Positions 16,010 to 25,662 of a stretch of DNA of 64,000 nucleotides are shown piece after piece. The stretch is from Candidatus Nanoarchaeia archaeon (GTDB lineage Archaea; Nanobdellota; Nanobdellia; CSSed11-243R1). The first letter of the stretch is position 1. Every line of letters starts with the position of its first letter. The notes beneath the pieces are model-generated. The model did no database searches. It was not told the DNA's origin and saw only the letters and a list, made by a program, of their open reading frames with translations. A program made the translations under genes and the position numbers. The DNA lies in assembly GCA_028713895.1 (NCBI GenBank), contig JAQTNH010000001.1, positions 758,610 through 822,609 on the forward strand, read 5' to 3'.

Positions 16010-17166
16010 TGGCGCTGGAAACTGTTTTGATTGATATTGCACTGCTGCTTGTTGCGGCAAAAGTCCTCGGGGAGCTGTGCGAAAGGATAGGATACTCTTC
16101 GATAATTGGAGAGGTGCTGGCAGGAATACTGCTCGGGCCCTCGCTTCTTAATGTTATAACGCCGAATGAAACAATGAGCGCGCTTGCTGGAATAGGGATA
16201 CTCCTGCTGATGTTTATCATCGGGCTTTCTGCAAAGTTCGAGGAAGCGATGGAGAACAACATGTACAGAGGGGCGCTGATTGCAATACTTGGAGGCTCGC
16301 TTTCATTTGCGCTCGCTTTTGTAGCAGGGATTGGCTTGGGGTACAGCATTCTTGTCGCTGTGACTGTCGGAGCAGCAATAACTTCCACTGCAATGGGGAT
16401 ATCCCTGCGGACAATCACTGAAATCGGAAAATTCTATGATAAGACTACAAAGACGCTGATTGCTGCAAATGTTGCGGATGACATCTTTTCAATAATTGTC
16501 ATGTCGCTTTTTGTGGGGTTTGTAACATACAGCACAATCAATTTCCTTGAGTCGTGGAAAATATTCCTGATTGTAATAGGCTTTTTCATTGTCCTGCTGA
16601 AGTTCGGCGGAAAAATAGCTGAGAAAATAATGGATTTCACAGTCAGCATGAAGGACCAGGAATCCATGATTGCAATTCCAGTTGTAATAATGTTTCTTAT
16701 CGCGCTGCTGAGCCAGCAGATTAACATCGCCGGAATCACCGGAGCATTCCTTGCAGGTATAATACTTGCAAAGACAAAATATGCTGAAAACACGATAATG
16801 CCAAAAGCAAAAACATTGGGCTATGGTTTCCTTATCCCGCTGTTCTTTGCGTATACTGGCGTGAATGTAAACATATTCTCAATAGGGCCTGACCTGCTGT
16901 TCCTTGTCGTGATATTTGTTGTTGCAATAGTTGGGAAACTTGTCGGAACTTACGTAGGCTCACGAATGGGCGGTTATGAACACAACGATTCGCTGAAGCT
17001 TGGGTTCGGGATGATTCCGCGCGCAGAATACACCCTTGCAATCGGGCAGCTCGCATTGGGCTTAGGGGCAATAGGCGCGAACATCTTCACGCTGCTGGTA
17101 GTGTTTGTTCTTGGAACAACAATTGCAACGCCTGTAATACTCAGATTTGTTTATGAACACTTCTGA
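16009..17166 (+). CDS. cation/H+ antiporter (CPA2/Kef-type Na+/H+ exchanger family)
   Basis: 385-aa polytopic ORF, N-terminus ...LLLVAAKVLGELCERIGYSSIIGEVLAGILLGPS... typical of the family. Confidence 0.75.
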   Translation: MALETVLIDIALLLVAAKVLGELCERIGYSSIIGEVLAGILLGPSLLNVITPNETMSALAGIGILLLMFIIGLSAKFEEAMENNMYRGALIAILGGSLSFALAFVAGIGLGYSILVAVTVGAAITSTAMGISLRTITEIGKFYDKTTKTLIAANVADDIFSIIVMSLFVGFVTYSTINFLESWKIFLIVIGFFIVLLKFGGKIAEKIMDFTVSMKDQESMIAIPVVIMFLIALLSQQINIAGITGAFLAGIILAKTKYAENTIMPKAKTLGYGFLIPLFFAYTGVNVNIFSIGPDLLFLVVIFVVAIVGKLVGTYVGSRMGGYEHNDSLKLGFGMIPRAEYTLAIGQLALGLGAIGANIFTLLVVFVLGTTIATPVILRFVYEHF

Positions 17167-17182
17167 TTAGTGGACATACGTG

Positions 17183-17500
17183 ATGAAAATGAAATTCAAC
17201 TATGACACTGAATCTGGATGTGCTTACATCGGAGACTCAGACAAAAAAGTGAAGTCCAGTATTGGGCTGATGAATACTTTTGTAGTAGACTTGGATTTCA
17301 ACGGGAAAGTTAGCGGTGTTGAAATAATTGATGCTAATGCGGTTCTTAAAGACTTTAGAATAGACATCAACAAAATAGAACAGGTAGGCATGAATGTCAA
17401 GCGTACAGACAATTATTTTGCAGTTATACTCATTTTTAAGCAGGCTGGTATTAAAAAAGAAATTGTCCTTCCTGTCGCGCCTATTGCAACTTCTAGCTAA
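17183..17500 (+). CDS. DUF2283-like small protein
   Basis: ...KFNYDTESGCAYIG... pattern (YDxExDxxYI) of DUF2283 as I recall it. Confidence 0.45.
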   Translation: MKMKFNYDTESGCAYIGDSDKKVKSSIGLMNTFVVDLDFNGKVSGVEIIDANAVLKDFRIDINKIEQVGMNVKRTDNYFAVILIFKQAGIKKEIVLPVAPIATSS

Positions 17501-17524
17501 TTTGTAAATCCGAGCCTGAAGGGG

Positions 17525-18004
17525 TTATAATTTGTAGCCTTTTTCTTTGGCATACTCCCTGAGCATTTCATCTTTGCTTACTGCTTTTGCTCTGCCTGTA
17601 TACACACCTTTTTGCATTTCAGAATAAGAGCTTCCAACATTTATTTCTATCAAGCTGAACTCATTGCCATCAGGGTCGACAAATACAGCCTTGTATTCGC
17701 CCCATGAACGCATTGATATCTCTTCTGTGAATTTCACGCCTTTTTGTTTCAGCTCTTTCACAGTATTTTTTATGTTGTCTGTTTCAAAGAATATAGGAGT
17801 CCTACCACCAATTTTTAATTTATCCCAGTCTTTGCCCCAGTTGGGAATTGGAGTCCCAATATCAAATTCAACAGGACTGAGCTTCATGAGAACACATTTG
17901 AATTTCGGGTATCGCTTAACCAGTTTCATGCCAAGGACTGTTGAGTACCATTTCTCTGCCTTTTTAAAGTCAGATACAAAAATTTGAATTGGGCCTACTT
18001 TCAT
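17525..18004 (-). CDS. glyoxalase/VOC-family protein
   Basis: 159-aa ORF ...IQIFVSDFKKAEKWYSTVLGMK...AVFVDPDGNEFSLIE... Confidence 0.65.
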   Translation of the reverse strand: MKVGPIQIFVSDFKKAEKWYSTVLGMKLVKRYPKFKCVLMKLSPVEFDIGTPIPNWGKDWDKLKIGGRTPIFFETDNIKNTVKELKQKGVKFTEEISMRSWGEYKAVFVDPDGNEFSLIEINVGSSYSEMQKGVYTGRAKAVSKDEMLREYAKEKGYKL

Positions 18005-18007
18005 AAT

Positions 18008-19771
18008 TCAACTCTCTGAGCTTGCAGAACCTACATTTTTCTGCTGCTTGAACATCTTTTCAATTTCCTTGACTGTTGTGGCGTCCTCTGGCTTCTTGTC
18101 CTCGCGGATGAATCCCTTGACGCGCGGGAAACGAAGCGCATATCCAGAGTCGTCCTTGTTTGTTTTTCCTGCTGTGTGCATTGGTGACAGCGTGATTTCG
18201 TCTGCAGTTATCTCAAGCACATATTTCGGCTCGACCCAGACATCTGGCTTAAGTTCGCTGTCAACGCGCGCTGGCTGATGCGAGACTTTTATTTCATCCA
18301 GAAGCTTGCGTATCTTTACCCAGTTTTCCTCGCTGAATCCTGTGCCTATCTTGCAGATTGATTCGAAGACATCTTTTTTGTCATTGTAAACAGCTCCAAG
18401 CACTGCGCCGATTCCAAACTTTGTGCGCATTCCGCGTCCTTTGATGTAGCCAATAATCACGACATCAACTGTATCACTGAGTTCAGCACGATAGGAACGT
18501 TTTAGCTTGATCCAGTTAAAGTTTCGTGCGCCTGCTGAATACGGAGCATCCAAACGCTTTGCCATGACACCTTCCAAGCCTGCAGTTACTGATTCATCAA
18601 AGAATTTCTGCATGACTTTGGGGTCATCAGTTATAATGCGGTTTGCATATTCAAGAGCCTCGCCTGTTTTCACGTATTTTTCAATTGCCCTGATTCGCTC
18701 GCTGTATGGTTCAGAAGTATAATCCTTTCCGTCTGCGTAAAGCAAATCAAACACAAACATCTTGAGAGGAAGTTCAACTTTCTTTGATGCAATGTCATAT
18801 TTGCGCTTGCGTGTGATTGTAATCTGGAAAGGCATGAGTTCGCCAGTGTCCTCGTTGTAAACAAGAGCCTCGCCTTCAAGAATTGCATCCTTTGCCCTGA
18901 CATACTTTTTTATTGATTCGGCAACATCAGGAAGCATTGAAGTCATGTTTTCCAAATTTCTGGAGAAGAGCGAAACTTTGTCGCCAATCTTGTGTGCCTG
19001 GATTCGAAAACCGTCATATTTTGCTTCAACAGAGCATTTCCCGATTTTTTCAATGATTTCTTTTGCAGTGGGAAGGCGCTCTGCAAGTGCCATGCGGATT
19101 GGCTTGCCAGGAGTGACGCTGAATTTTTTTATTGCAGCAAGGCCTTTTGTGAAATATGTTTTTGCAACCAATCCCAAATCAGAACATAAGTTGTATGCGC
19201 GCTCAAGTTCAGGGCGAAGCTCGCGGTTCCCTTCCTTTGCCTGCGCAAGAGAATCCATTATTGTCGGGTCGCCTATTCCAAGGCGCAATCTGCCGATGAC
19301 AAAGCGCGCAATGTATTTTGCTTCAATAGGCGAAGCGCGGCTGAGCAATCCTGCAATTATGCCAACTTTCTGGTCAACTGCACCGCTGCCAGAGATTTTT
19401 GCAGTTTTGTAGAATCCCTCATAAGTTTCAGCAAGAGTGAGTTCCTTTGGTTTCACAAGCTTTGCAGTAACTTTTTTTGCAAGCTCCTCTGCAGCGAGCC
19501 CCTGGTCGCCTTTCTTTTTATACAAGGCAGTGACTTTGCTGAGTTCGGTTCCTGTGGCTTTTGCAATTGCTTTTTCAAGCATTTTTTCTGCCATCCCTAT
19601 TTCAACACCCTCAAAAGCTGGGCGGATGCGCTCCTCAATTAGGTAAACGAGCTTGTCTATGTCATCTTCAGGGGTATTTTGGAAAAGTTCGGAAAGAATC
19701 TTGAACATTTCAAGGCGCTTGCTGGTTGCCTCGAGCTTCTCAAAATACTCTGCAACTGCCCTGAATTTCAT
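18008..19771 (-). CDS. lig: ATP-dependent DNA ligase
   Basis: 587-aa ORF with adenylation motif VEAKYDGFRIQ, EGVMAK, and OB-fold C-terminus. Confidence 0.9.
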   Translation of the reverse strand: MKFRAVAEYFEKLEATSKRLEMFKILSELFQNTPEDDIDKLVYLIEERIRPAFEGVEIGMAEKMLEKAIAKATGTELSKVTALYKKKGDQGLAAEELAKKVTAKLVKPKELTLAETYEGFYKTAKISGSGAVDQKVGIIAGLLSRASPIEAKYIARFVIGRLRLGIGDPTIMDSLAQAKEGNRELRPELERAYNLCSDLGLVAKTYFTKGLAAIKKFSVTPGKPIRMALAERLPTAKEIIEKIGKCSVEAKYDGFRIQAHKIGDKVSLFSRNLENMTSMLPDVAESIKKYVRAKDAILEGEALVYNEDTGELMPFQITITRKRKYDIASKKVELPLKMFVFDLLYADGKDYTSEPYSERIRAIEKYVKTGEALEYANRIITDDPKVMQKFFDESVTAGLEGVMAKRLDAPYSAGARNFNWIKLKRSYRAELSDTVDVVIIGYIKGRGMRTKFGIGAVLGAVYNDKKDVFESICKIGTGFSEENWVKIRKLLDEIKVSHQPARVDSELKPDVWVEPKYVLEITADEITLSPMHTAGKTNKDDSGYALRFPRVKGFIREDKKPEDATTVKEIEKMFKQQKNVGSASSES

Positions 19772-19800
19772 AATAAATAAAAGAAAAAGGGAGTTTATAT

Positions 19801-20631
19801 TTACTTTCCCAAAAGCTTTTTTACAAAATATGCTGCATTTTTGACGTTCGCATAGCCCACGCTTACGGATGCCTTGTTTTCCAATGATGCGCTGTTGAAC
19901 AGTTCTTTGACCAAATCCTTTGCATCATGATCCTCTTTCATGTAGCCATTCTTAGATGCTTCTTGAATTATCCTTTTTGAATTTTCAGAAAGCAGGGGAA
20001 TCACCACTGACGGCTTGTCGTGCTTTGTAAGATGCCACACCAAATCCGCCCGCGTTTTCCAGTTATCAAACGCCACCATGTAAATGTTTGAATCCTCAGC
20101 TATCATGTCTATTGGCCCTGCTTCTTTGTAGCTGATTTTTAGTTCTTTGAGTACGGCTTCCAATTTTTCAACATAAACTTTATTTGTTTCATCTGCAATA
20201 ACGCACACAGGAACCTCTTTTTGCCCCTGCTTTGAAACCAAATTTATGAATTTTGCCGGGCTTTGCACCTGGTTTATCCCAACTGTTGCAAGCGCAACAT
20301 TTTTTCCTTCTTTTGGAGGGGGCATCTGCACTGCTGCAAAAAGTGCATCAAGGCCGCCTGGGCTCATGTCAGGGCTGCTGAACACAGGAAGTGCAATCAC
20401 TGGTTTGTCTGTATCAACTGCAATTGAGCCTGGCAAAGCTGCTGCAAGTCCTGCAATTGCAACAAAGTAATCAGCATTTGATTCTTTAACATATTTACTT
20501 AATTCTTCTCTGTCACGGTGCGCAGAAAGATAAGCGATACTCACTGTAATCTCTGGGTTAAACGCTTCTTTTGCTGCATTAACAAAGTTTTCATCACTCT
20601 TGCTTCCTGCGATTATACTTACAGATACCAT
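19801..20631 (-). CDS. purE: PurE-like (AIR carboxylase/N5-CAIR mutase) domain protein with extra C-terminal domain
   Basis: 276-aa ORF; N-terminal VSIIAGSKSDENF... and AIAGLAAALPG motifs of PurE; ~120 additional C-terminal residues. Confidence 0.6.
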   Translation of the reverse strand: MVSVSIIAGSKSDENFVNAAKEAFNPEITVSIAYLSAHRDREELSKYVKESNADYFVAIAGLAAALPGSIAVDTDKPVIALPVFSSPDMSPGGLDALFAAVQMPPPKEGKNVALATVGINQVQSPAKFINLVSKQGQKEVPVCVIADETNKVYVEKLEAVLKELKISYKEAGPIDMIAEDSNIYMVAFDNWKTRADLVWHLTKHDKPSVVIPLLSENSKRIIQEASKNGYMKEDHDAKDLVKELFNSASLENKASVSVGYANVKNAAYFVKKLLGK

Positions 20632-22118
20632 TATTTTGCCCCCTGTTTAAGAAGTTCAACAGTTTCAAGCGCGTATTCCATGTTTTTAACGGCTTTCTCA
20701 TAAGCATTGCCGATGTAAAGCTCTATACGCCCTGAAATCATTTCCTTCTTTTTGCTGTCAAGCATTTCATATGTCTTTTTGAATTCTTCATCCTGAAGAC
20801 TTATTTCCAACAACCCTGATTTGCTCTTTTTTGCCTTTTTTGTCATCTCTTTTACAAAATCATGCGGCATGCCATATTTGCTGTGGATAAAATTTTCCCC
20901 CTTGAGTATTGTGACCATTGCTTCAGTCGGATAAAGGTTTATCTCCGCAAGATTCTCATTCATCCTGTCTGTGTTTATTGAAAGCTGTTCAAGAGATTTG
21001 TTAATGCGCTTGAAAGACTCGTATACTTCAGCCATCATTTGCTGTGGCTGGTATCTTGCCTGCACTGAACTCCTTAAGTCCCTTTGCAGGTCAGTCTTTA
21101 TCATTTCGTACAGAACACGCATACCGCTTTCTACAACTGCACCTTTCCCTTCAATATTCTCATAATTTATAGGGTTGTTCTTGCCGGCATCTGTGCTTGA
21201 GCCGCCAAGCCTTTCTGCATTGTCCCTTGAAGTGACTTCCTGTATGTCTGAAGAGTAAAGCAATCGTATGTCATGGCAAAAATCTCCAAGCACATGCATC
21301 AAAGTTGTTAGATAGTGCCCGACATCAGCAAACCTTTCTTTTTGAGTGATTTGTGTTCCAGTTGAATCAGGTTCAAGCCCGAGCTTTTTGAGGACATCCT
21401 CTTCAAAGTCTTCTGCCTTTCCCTTGCCTATGACAGTTTCAATTCCAGCGCCTGTGCCTACGATGCCGCTAATTTTTCCGCGCAGATTATTGAATGCATA
21501 ATCTGCTTTTTCTGTTCTTTCAGCTACTCTTGCAGTATATCCTGCCAGTGTGGTTGCAAAAGGTACAGGCGTAGTGTGCTGCAGGTGAGTCCTGCCAACC
21601 TGGATTATGTCTTCCTTGATGCATTTTTTAGATAGTTCGCAAAGAAGTTCTATTGTTTTGAATATTTGAGGCTTTAGCTTTTTGTTCCAGCAATTTTTTT
21701 GAAGATATGCCCGTGCTGTATCAACTATGTCGTATGATGTTGTTCCTGGATGAAGCATTGATTTTGCCTCAAGTGAAATGTGTCTCCCAAATTCTTCAAT
21801 GACAGCAAGCTGGTCATGCTTTGTTACTTCATCTTCAAGGAGCTGCATGTTTTCAGGGCTCAATTTTGGCAACGCTGCGATTACTTCATCAAGATGCTTC
21901 TGTTCTGCCTTACCGTATTCTACCCTTGTTTCAAGCAGAGCTTTCTGGACTTCGGCGAAAGCGAGCCACTCTGCACGTGGAGAAAGATAAGCTTCAAGGT
22001 CGTTTGATGCTTTGCCATATTTGCCATCATCAGGACTCACACATTTCATCCTGAACTCAAGATTTGTCTGTTCTGTTTCAGGAAGTTTTCCGAACAAATC
22101 AAGATTAGTTTCTGTCAT
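20631..22118 (-). CDS. adenylosuccinate-lyase-like (fumarate-lyase superfamily) protein, divergent signature loop
   Basis: 495-aa ORF; HLQHTTPVPFA and GGSSTDAGKNNP in place of the usual SSxMPxKxN signature. Confidence 0.55.
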   Translation of the reverse strand: MTETNLDLFGKLPETEQTNLEFRMKCVSPDDGKYGKASNDLEAYLSPRAEWLAFAEVQKALLETRVEYGKAEQKHLDEVIAALPKLSPENMQLLEDEVTKHDQLAVIEEFGRHISLEAKSMLHPGTTSYDIVDTARAYLQKNCWNKKLKPQIFKTIELLCELSKKCIKEDIIQVGRTHLQHTTPVPFATTLAGYTARVAERTEKADYAFNNLRGKISGIVGTGAGIETVIGKGKAEDFEEDVLKKLGLEPDSTGTQITQKERFADVGHYLTTLMHVLGDFCHDIRLLYSSDIQEVTSRDNAERLGGSSTDAGKNNPINYENIEGKGAVVESGMRVLYEMIKTDLQRDLRSSVQARYQPQQMMAEVYESFKRINKSLEQLSINTDRMNENLAEINLYPTEAMVTILKGENFIHSKYGMPHDFVKEMTKKAKKSKSGLLEISLQDEEFKKTYEMLDSKKKEMISGRIELYIGNAYEKAVKNMEYALETVELLKQGAK

Positions 22119-22144
22119 TTTTTAATCACCATTTCAATTTCGGT

Positions 22145-23194
22145 TTATAGCAGTCCCTCTGATTTAAGTTTCCTGAATTTTGTTTCAAGCGTTTCAAACA
22201 AACTTCGTTCATGCGATTCATTCGAGGACCACATACTTGCAAATGTCAGATAAGCAGAACTGGCATATGCAATGAGTTCCTTTGGCGCAGCTGGGGGTTT
22301 TGGTGCATTTGGAAGTTTTTTAACGCTGAGTTCCCCCCTTTCCACCTTTCCCCTTATTTCTTTCCATGCTTCAAACTTGTTGTACCATTCAGTTTTTTTG
22401 TACCAGTCACGCAGAATTTGTTTTGAAAGCTTCATCTCAACCCCGTCGTCAAGAACAATCTTGAACCTGTCCTCGTCAAGAGTCCCGAAAACATCGCCAA
22501 CAATAATTCCTTCGTTTGGGACATACACCAACTCGCATTTCCCGTCTGGGTGCGTGAGGTTGATATTGTAAGCACCTGCTATCTGTCTGGTTCTTTCATT
22601 AAGCAAATCATTCAGTTTTAATGCAACTTGCTCAGCTTTGTCAAAATTCTCTTTTGAGAGTCCGGACAATCGCATTGCTTCCTCCCTTTTGAGGAATCTG
22701 TCACCAGGTTCAAATTTTGTAGTATACGTTATTATTGGGTGCGGCAAAACCCCATTCTCTGCAATTGCTTCCAATCCTACGTCCTGGGGAGTTATTTCTT
22801 TACGATCGTACATCTTAATTATTGAACTTTCTTTACCAAGCTCGTTTCGGTAAATTATTTCCAAGGGTATAACAAAAGTGGAATTGTTTGGGATGTCATA
22901 AACAAAACCAGGGCTTAGCTCAGAGTCCTTGTGCTCAGTGAACACATTTGCAGCCCTGAATGCTATTTTATTAGGAAAATCCTTTGTTATGTAATGTGTT
23001 TTAGCGTCTACACATCCAGCGTGTTCAAAATTATAGGTGGACATCAGCCAAAGCGCATGCCCCTTCCCAGGTATACCTTTTCCCATCTTCCCATAATCAA
23101 ACACCGAGAAATCATCAGTCAGCGTAAAAATACCAATTCCAGTTTCATTTCCTTCTGGTTTTTTAATAAGCCACAAATCTTTTGATGAACCCAT
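22145..23194 (-). CDS. SAICAR-synthase-like protein (PurC family), long form
   Basis: 349-aa ORF; ...LTDDFSVFDYGKMGKGIPGKGHAL... resembles the PurC xDRISAFD/IPxKG region. Confidence 0.55.
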   Translation of the reverse strand: MGSSKDLWLIKKPEGNETGIGIFTLTDDFSVFDYGKMGKGIPGKGHALWLMSTYNFEHAGCVDAKTHYITKDFPNKIAFRAANVFTEHKDSELSPGFVYDIPNNSTFVIPLEIIYRNELGKESSIIKMYDRKEITPQDVGLEAIAENGVLPHPIITYTTKFEPGDRFLKREEAMRLSGLSKENFDKAEQVALKLNDLLNERTRQIAGAYNINLTHPDGKCELVYVPNEGIIVGDVFGTLDEDRFKIVLDDGVEMKLSKQILRDWYKKTEWYNKFEAWKEIRGKVERGELSVKKLPNAPKPPAAPKELIAYASSAYLTFASMWSSNESHERSLFETLETKFRKLKSEGLL

Positions 23195-23329
23195 TTAAAA
23201 AGCACCTCTTTTTTTGTTTAAAATCCCTAATTTTTACCCTCTTATAAAAGTTATTTAACTTTTAGGCAGTTACAGGGGCACAATTTCCTGTGGGAAAAGC
23301 TTTTAAGAATAAAACGCCATAAAAGTAAT

Positions 23330-23566
23330 ATGAAATTCAAAGTAAGACTGGCTGATAAATCAGAAATTGAATTTAATGACAAAGACTCTGCAATGAGAGC
23401 AGCGCGCGAAAATGCTGTGCGCTCAAATAAGCTAATTTCAGTGCACGCTACAAAGGACGGTTTTGACTGGGACCAGATAGCTTTGGTTTATCCAAGCGGA
23501 CAGGTCCAGGAAGGAACCGGAGGATTCGGATTCTTTAAGAATTTGCCTGTTGGTAGACGAAGGTAG
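23330..23566 (+). CDS. hypothetical small protein
   Basis: 78-aa ORF; no family recognised. Confidence 0.35.
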   Translation: MKFKVRLADKSEIEFNDKDSAMRAARENAVRSNKLISVHATKDGFDWDQIALVYPSGQVQEGTGGFGFFKNLPVGRRR

Positions 23567-23569
23567 AGC

Positions 23570-23800
23570 ATGGATGCGTGGGCAGAGAAATATAAGGGAG
23601 AAGCTTTAAAACTGATTAGGCAGAACTGCGAGCAGTACAGTGACATGGTAAGGATGAGCAATGTGGCTGCTGCAAAACACTGCGAGCACGGCAATCACAC
23701 TGCAGACTCAAGACTGGCATTCTGCAAAGGATGCGGCAAATCATTCTGTGTAATTCACGGCGATATGAAGAGATTTCTGTGCGACAAATGCTGTGATTAA
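23570..23800 (+). CDS. hypothetical Cys/His-rich (zinc-binding-like) small protein
   Basis: 76-aa ORF ending ...CKGCGKSFCVIHGDMKRFLCDKCCD. Confidence 0.4.
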   Translation: MDAWAEKYKGEALKLIRQNCEQYSDMVRMSNVAAAKHCEHGNHTADSRLAFCKGCGKSFCVIHGDMKRFLCDKCCD

Positions 23801-25359
23801 GACATCTTGCCTGTTACAGCATCCATTTCAACTTTTGATTTTTTGTCTTTCTTTATGACTATTGCTTCGTAGAACGGGTAATAGATTTCTTTTTTTGAGA
23901 TTATTTCGGAGTTTTCGTTGATTCCGTTTATTATTATTTTTACATTCCTGATATCAACCTTCGGCTTTATGAGCTCTGCAGATATCTTCTCATCTATAAG
24001 CTCAACTTTGTTCTGTTTTAATTCCTTGATGTCCGGCATTGAAAATGCAGTAAAGCTTGAGTAAAGCAGCGCATTGCCGATTTTCTTTGACCTGACAAGA
24101 TTCCTTTCAAGAAGCACCTTGATTATGCTGCGCACTGTTGTTTCGGACATTCCTGTCTTGAATGAGATTTCTGTTATTGAAAGCTCCTTCGCATTCATCA
24201 CCGCTTTGAAGACTTTTATTTCCTGCTCGGATAAATCTGCAATCTGGGAGGTTTCAGACTGGATTCGTATGCCTTTGTCGAGCGAAACCATATCTCCTGT
24301 GAGGGCGTTAATATAAGTGTAGAACTCCTTCAGCTCCTTGCCTATCATCTTCTTTTTCAGGAAGCGCAGCTGGCATTCATATACTGGATAAAGCTTCAAA
24401 TGCAGGTTTGTTATGTTTGATTCGCTGCCAAAGAACAGGAATCCGCTGGTTGCTTTTTTAATTTTTTCAAATGCCTGCTCCTGCGAAATTTTGGGCTTTA
24501 CATACTGTTTTTTGACTTCTTCGAATGTTTCTTCAATAATTTCCTTGCTTTCGATTTCAACTTCAAGAGTTTTCAAATCCTCGGACTGTATTGCACTGCG
24601 CTGGACAAGCTTTGGAGTGGTTCCTTTGTGAGTTGTCTCGCGCTTGCGGATTTTTACCATCTCTCCTGTGGGATTTATTCCGCCCTGTATAAAGAAATAT
24701 CCCGGCTCAATTGTCGGAAGCTTTTCAAGCTGTTCCTTGTCTGGGAAAAATATCTTGACAGACTCCAAATCATTCATTATTGTGAGCTTGCCGATAATCT
24801 GGTTTGCGCACTGGGAAAGGATGTTCTTGTTTACCAGGGCAGGGCGCTGGGTTGCAACAAGCAAGCCGAGCCCGCGCTTTCGTCCGCGGCGGCTGATTTC
24901 CTCGACCTCGTAAAGCACCTTTCCCTTTTGCGGAGCGAACTTGTCAATTTCCTCAATAATCACCAAAAATGGTTTTTTATCCTTGGTTTCAACTGTATAA
25001 AGCTCACGAAGCAGCGATTTGACTGCTTCTTCAGGATTGTTAACCTCAGAAATATCAAAAATAGTTGGGAACCCCTTTTCGATTATCTTGTGCGCGAAGG
25101 TTTTGTAATCTATGTTTGCAATGTCAACATCTGCATCAGGGTCAGAGCCGACCCAGAGAACAGGGTATTTCTCCTTTAGGCTGAAATATTCCCCTTCAGT
25201 GTCAATAATGCAGAACCCTATGTTCTTTTTTGCAAGCTCCTCGCAGAGCACAGCGACAGCGTATGACTTGCCTGAGCCGGACTGCCCGATTATACAGGTG
25301 CGCCCGGTAACTATCTTGTCAGCATCAATACTTTTCCCGTCACCAATCACTAATTGCAT
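23797..25359 (-). CDS. HerA/DUF87-like P-loop ATPase fused to a C-terminal winged-helix domain
   Basis: 520-aa ORF; Walker A GQSGSGKS, Walker B LVIIEEIDKF, ...LLVATQRP...; C-terminal ...ELSITEISFKTGMSETTVRSIIKVLLERNLV... wHTH-like. Confidence 0.6.
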   Translation of the reverse strand: MQLVIGDGKSIDADKIVTGRTCIIGQSGSGKSYAVAVLCEELAKKNIGFCIIDTEGEYFSLKEKYPVLWVGSDPDADVDIANIDYKTFAHKIIEKGFPTIFDISEVNNPEEAVKSLLRELYTVETKDKKPFLVIIEEIDKFAPQKGKVLYEVEEISRRGRKRGLGLLVATQRPALVNKNILSQCANQIIGKLTIMNDLESVKIFFPDKEQLEKLPTIEPGYFFIQGGINPTGEMVKIRKRETTHKGTTPKLVQRSAIQSEDLKTLEVEIESKEIIEETFEEVKKQYVKPKISQEQAFEKIKKATSGFLFFGSESNITNLHLKLYPVYECQLRFLKKKMIGKELKEFYTYINALTGDMVSLDKGIRIQSETSQIADLSEQEIKVFKAVMNAKELSITEISFKTGMSETTVRSIIKVLLERNLVRSKKIGNALLYSSFTAFSMPDIKELKQNKVELIDEKISAELIKPKVDIRNVKIIINGINENSEIISKKEIYYPFYEAIVIKKDKKSKVEMDAVTGKMS

Positions 25360-25387
25360 AGTTCACCAAAAATAAAATAAAAACGAA

Positions 25388-25609
25388 TTAATCTCCCTTA
25401 GCTTCTATGTCTTCCTGTTCTATTTCCTGCACTTCGTGGGCTACTTCCTTGTCTTCTTCTGTTTTTTCTTCATCGTCTTTTTCATATTCCTTGCAGTCGT
25501 CACAATAGCCCTTGTTATAGTTTCCACAATCACGGCAGAACTTCTGCCCGCATTCCTTACATGTTGCTATTTCGTCCTTAACTTGTCTGCATATAGAGCA
25601 TCGTGGCAT
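25388..25609 (-). CDS. zinc-ribbon protein with acidic tail
   Basis: 73-aa ORF with CSIC...CKECG..FCRDCG...CDDC followed by D/E-rich tail. Confidence 0.5.
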   Translation of the reverse strand: MPRCSICRQVKDEIATCKECGQKFCRDCGNYNKGYCDDCKEYEKDDEEKTEEDKEVAHEVQEIEQEDIEAKGD

Positions 25610-25662
25610 AAAATACCCCCTTATAATAACTATTTTAAAGAGTCAGGGTTTTATAAATCATT

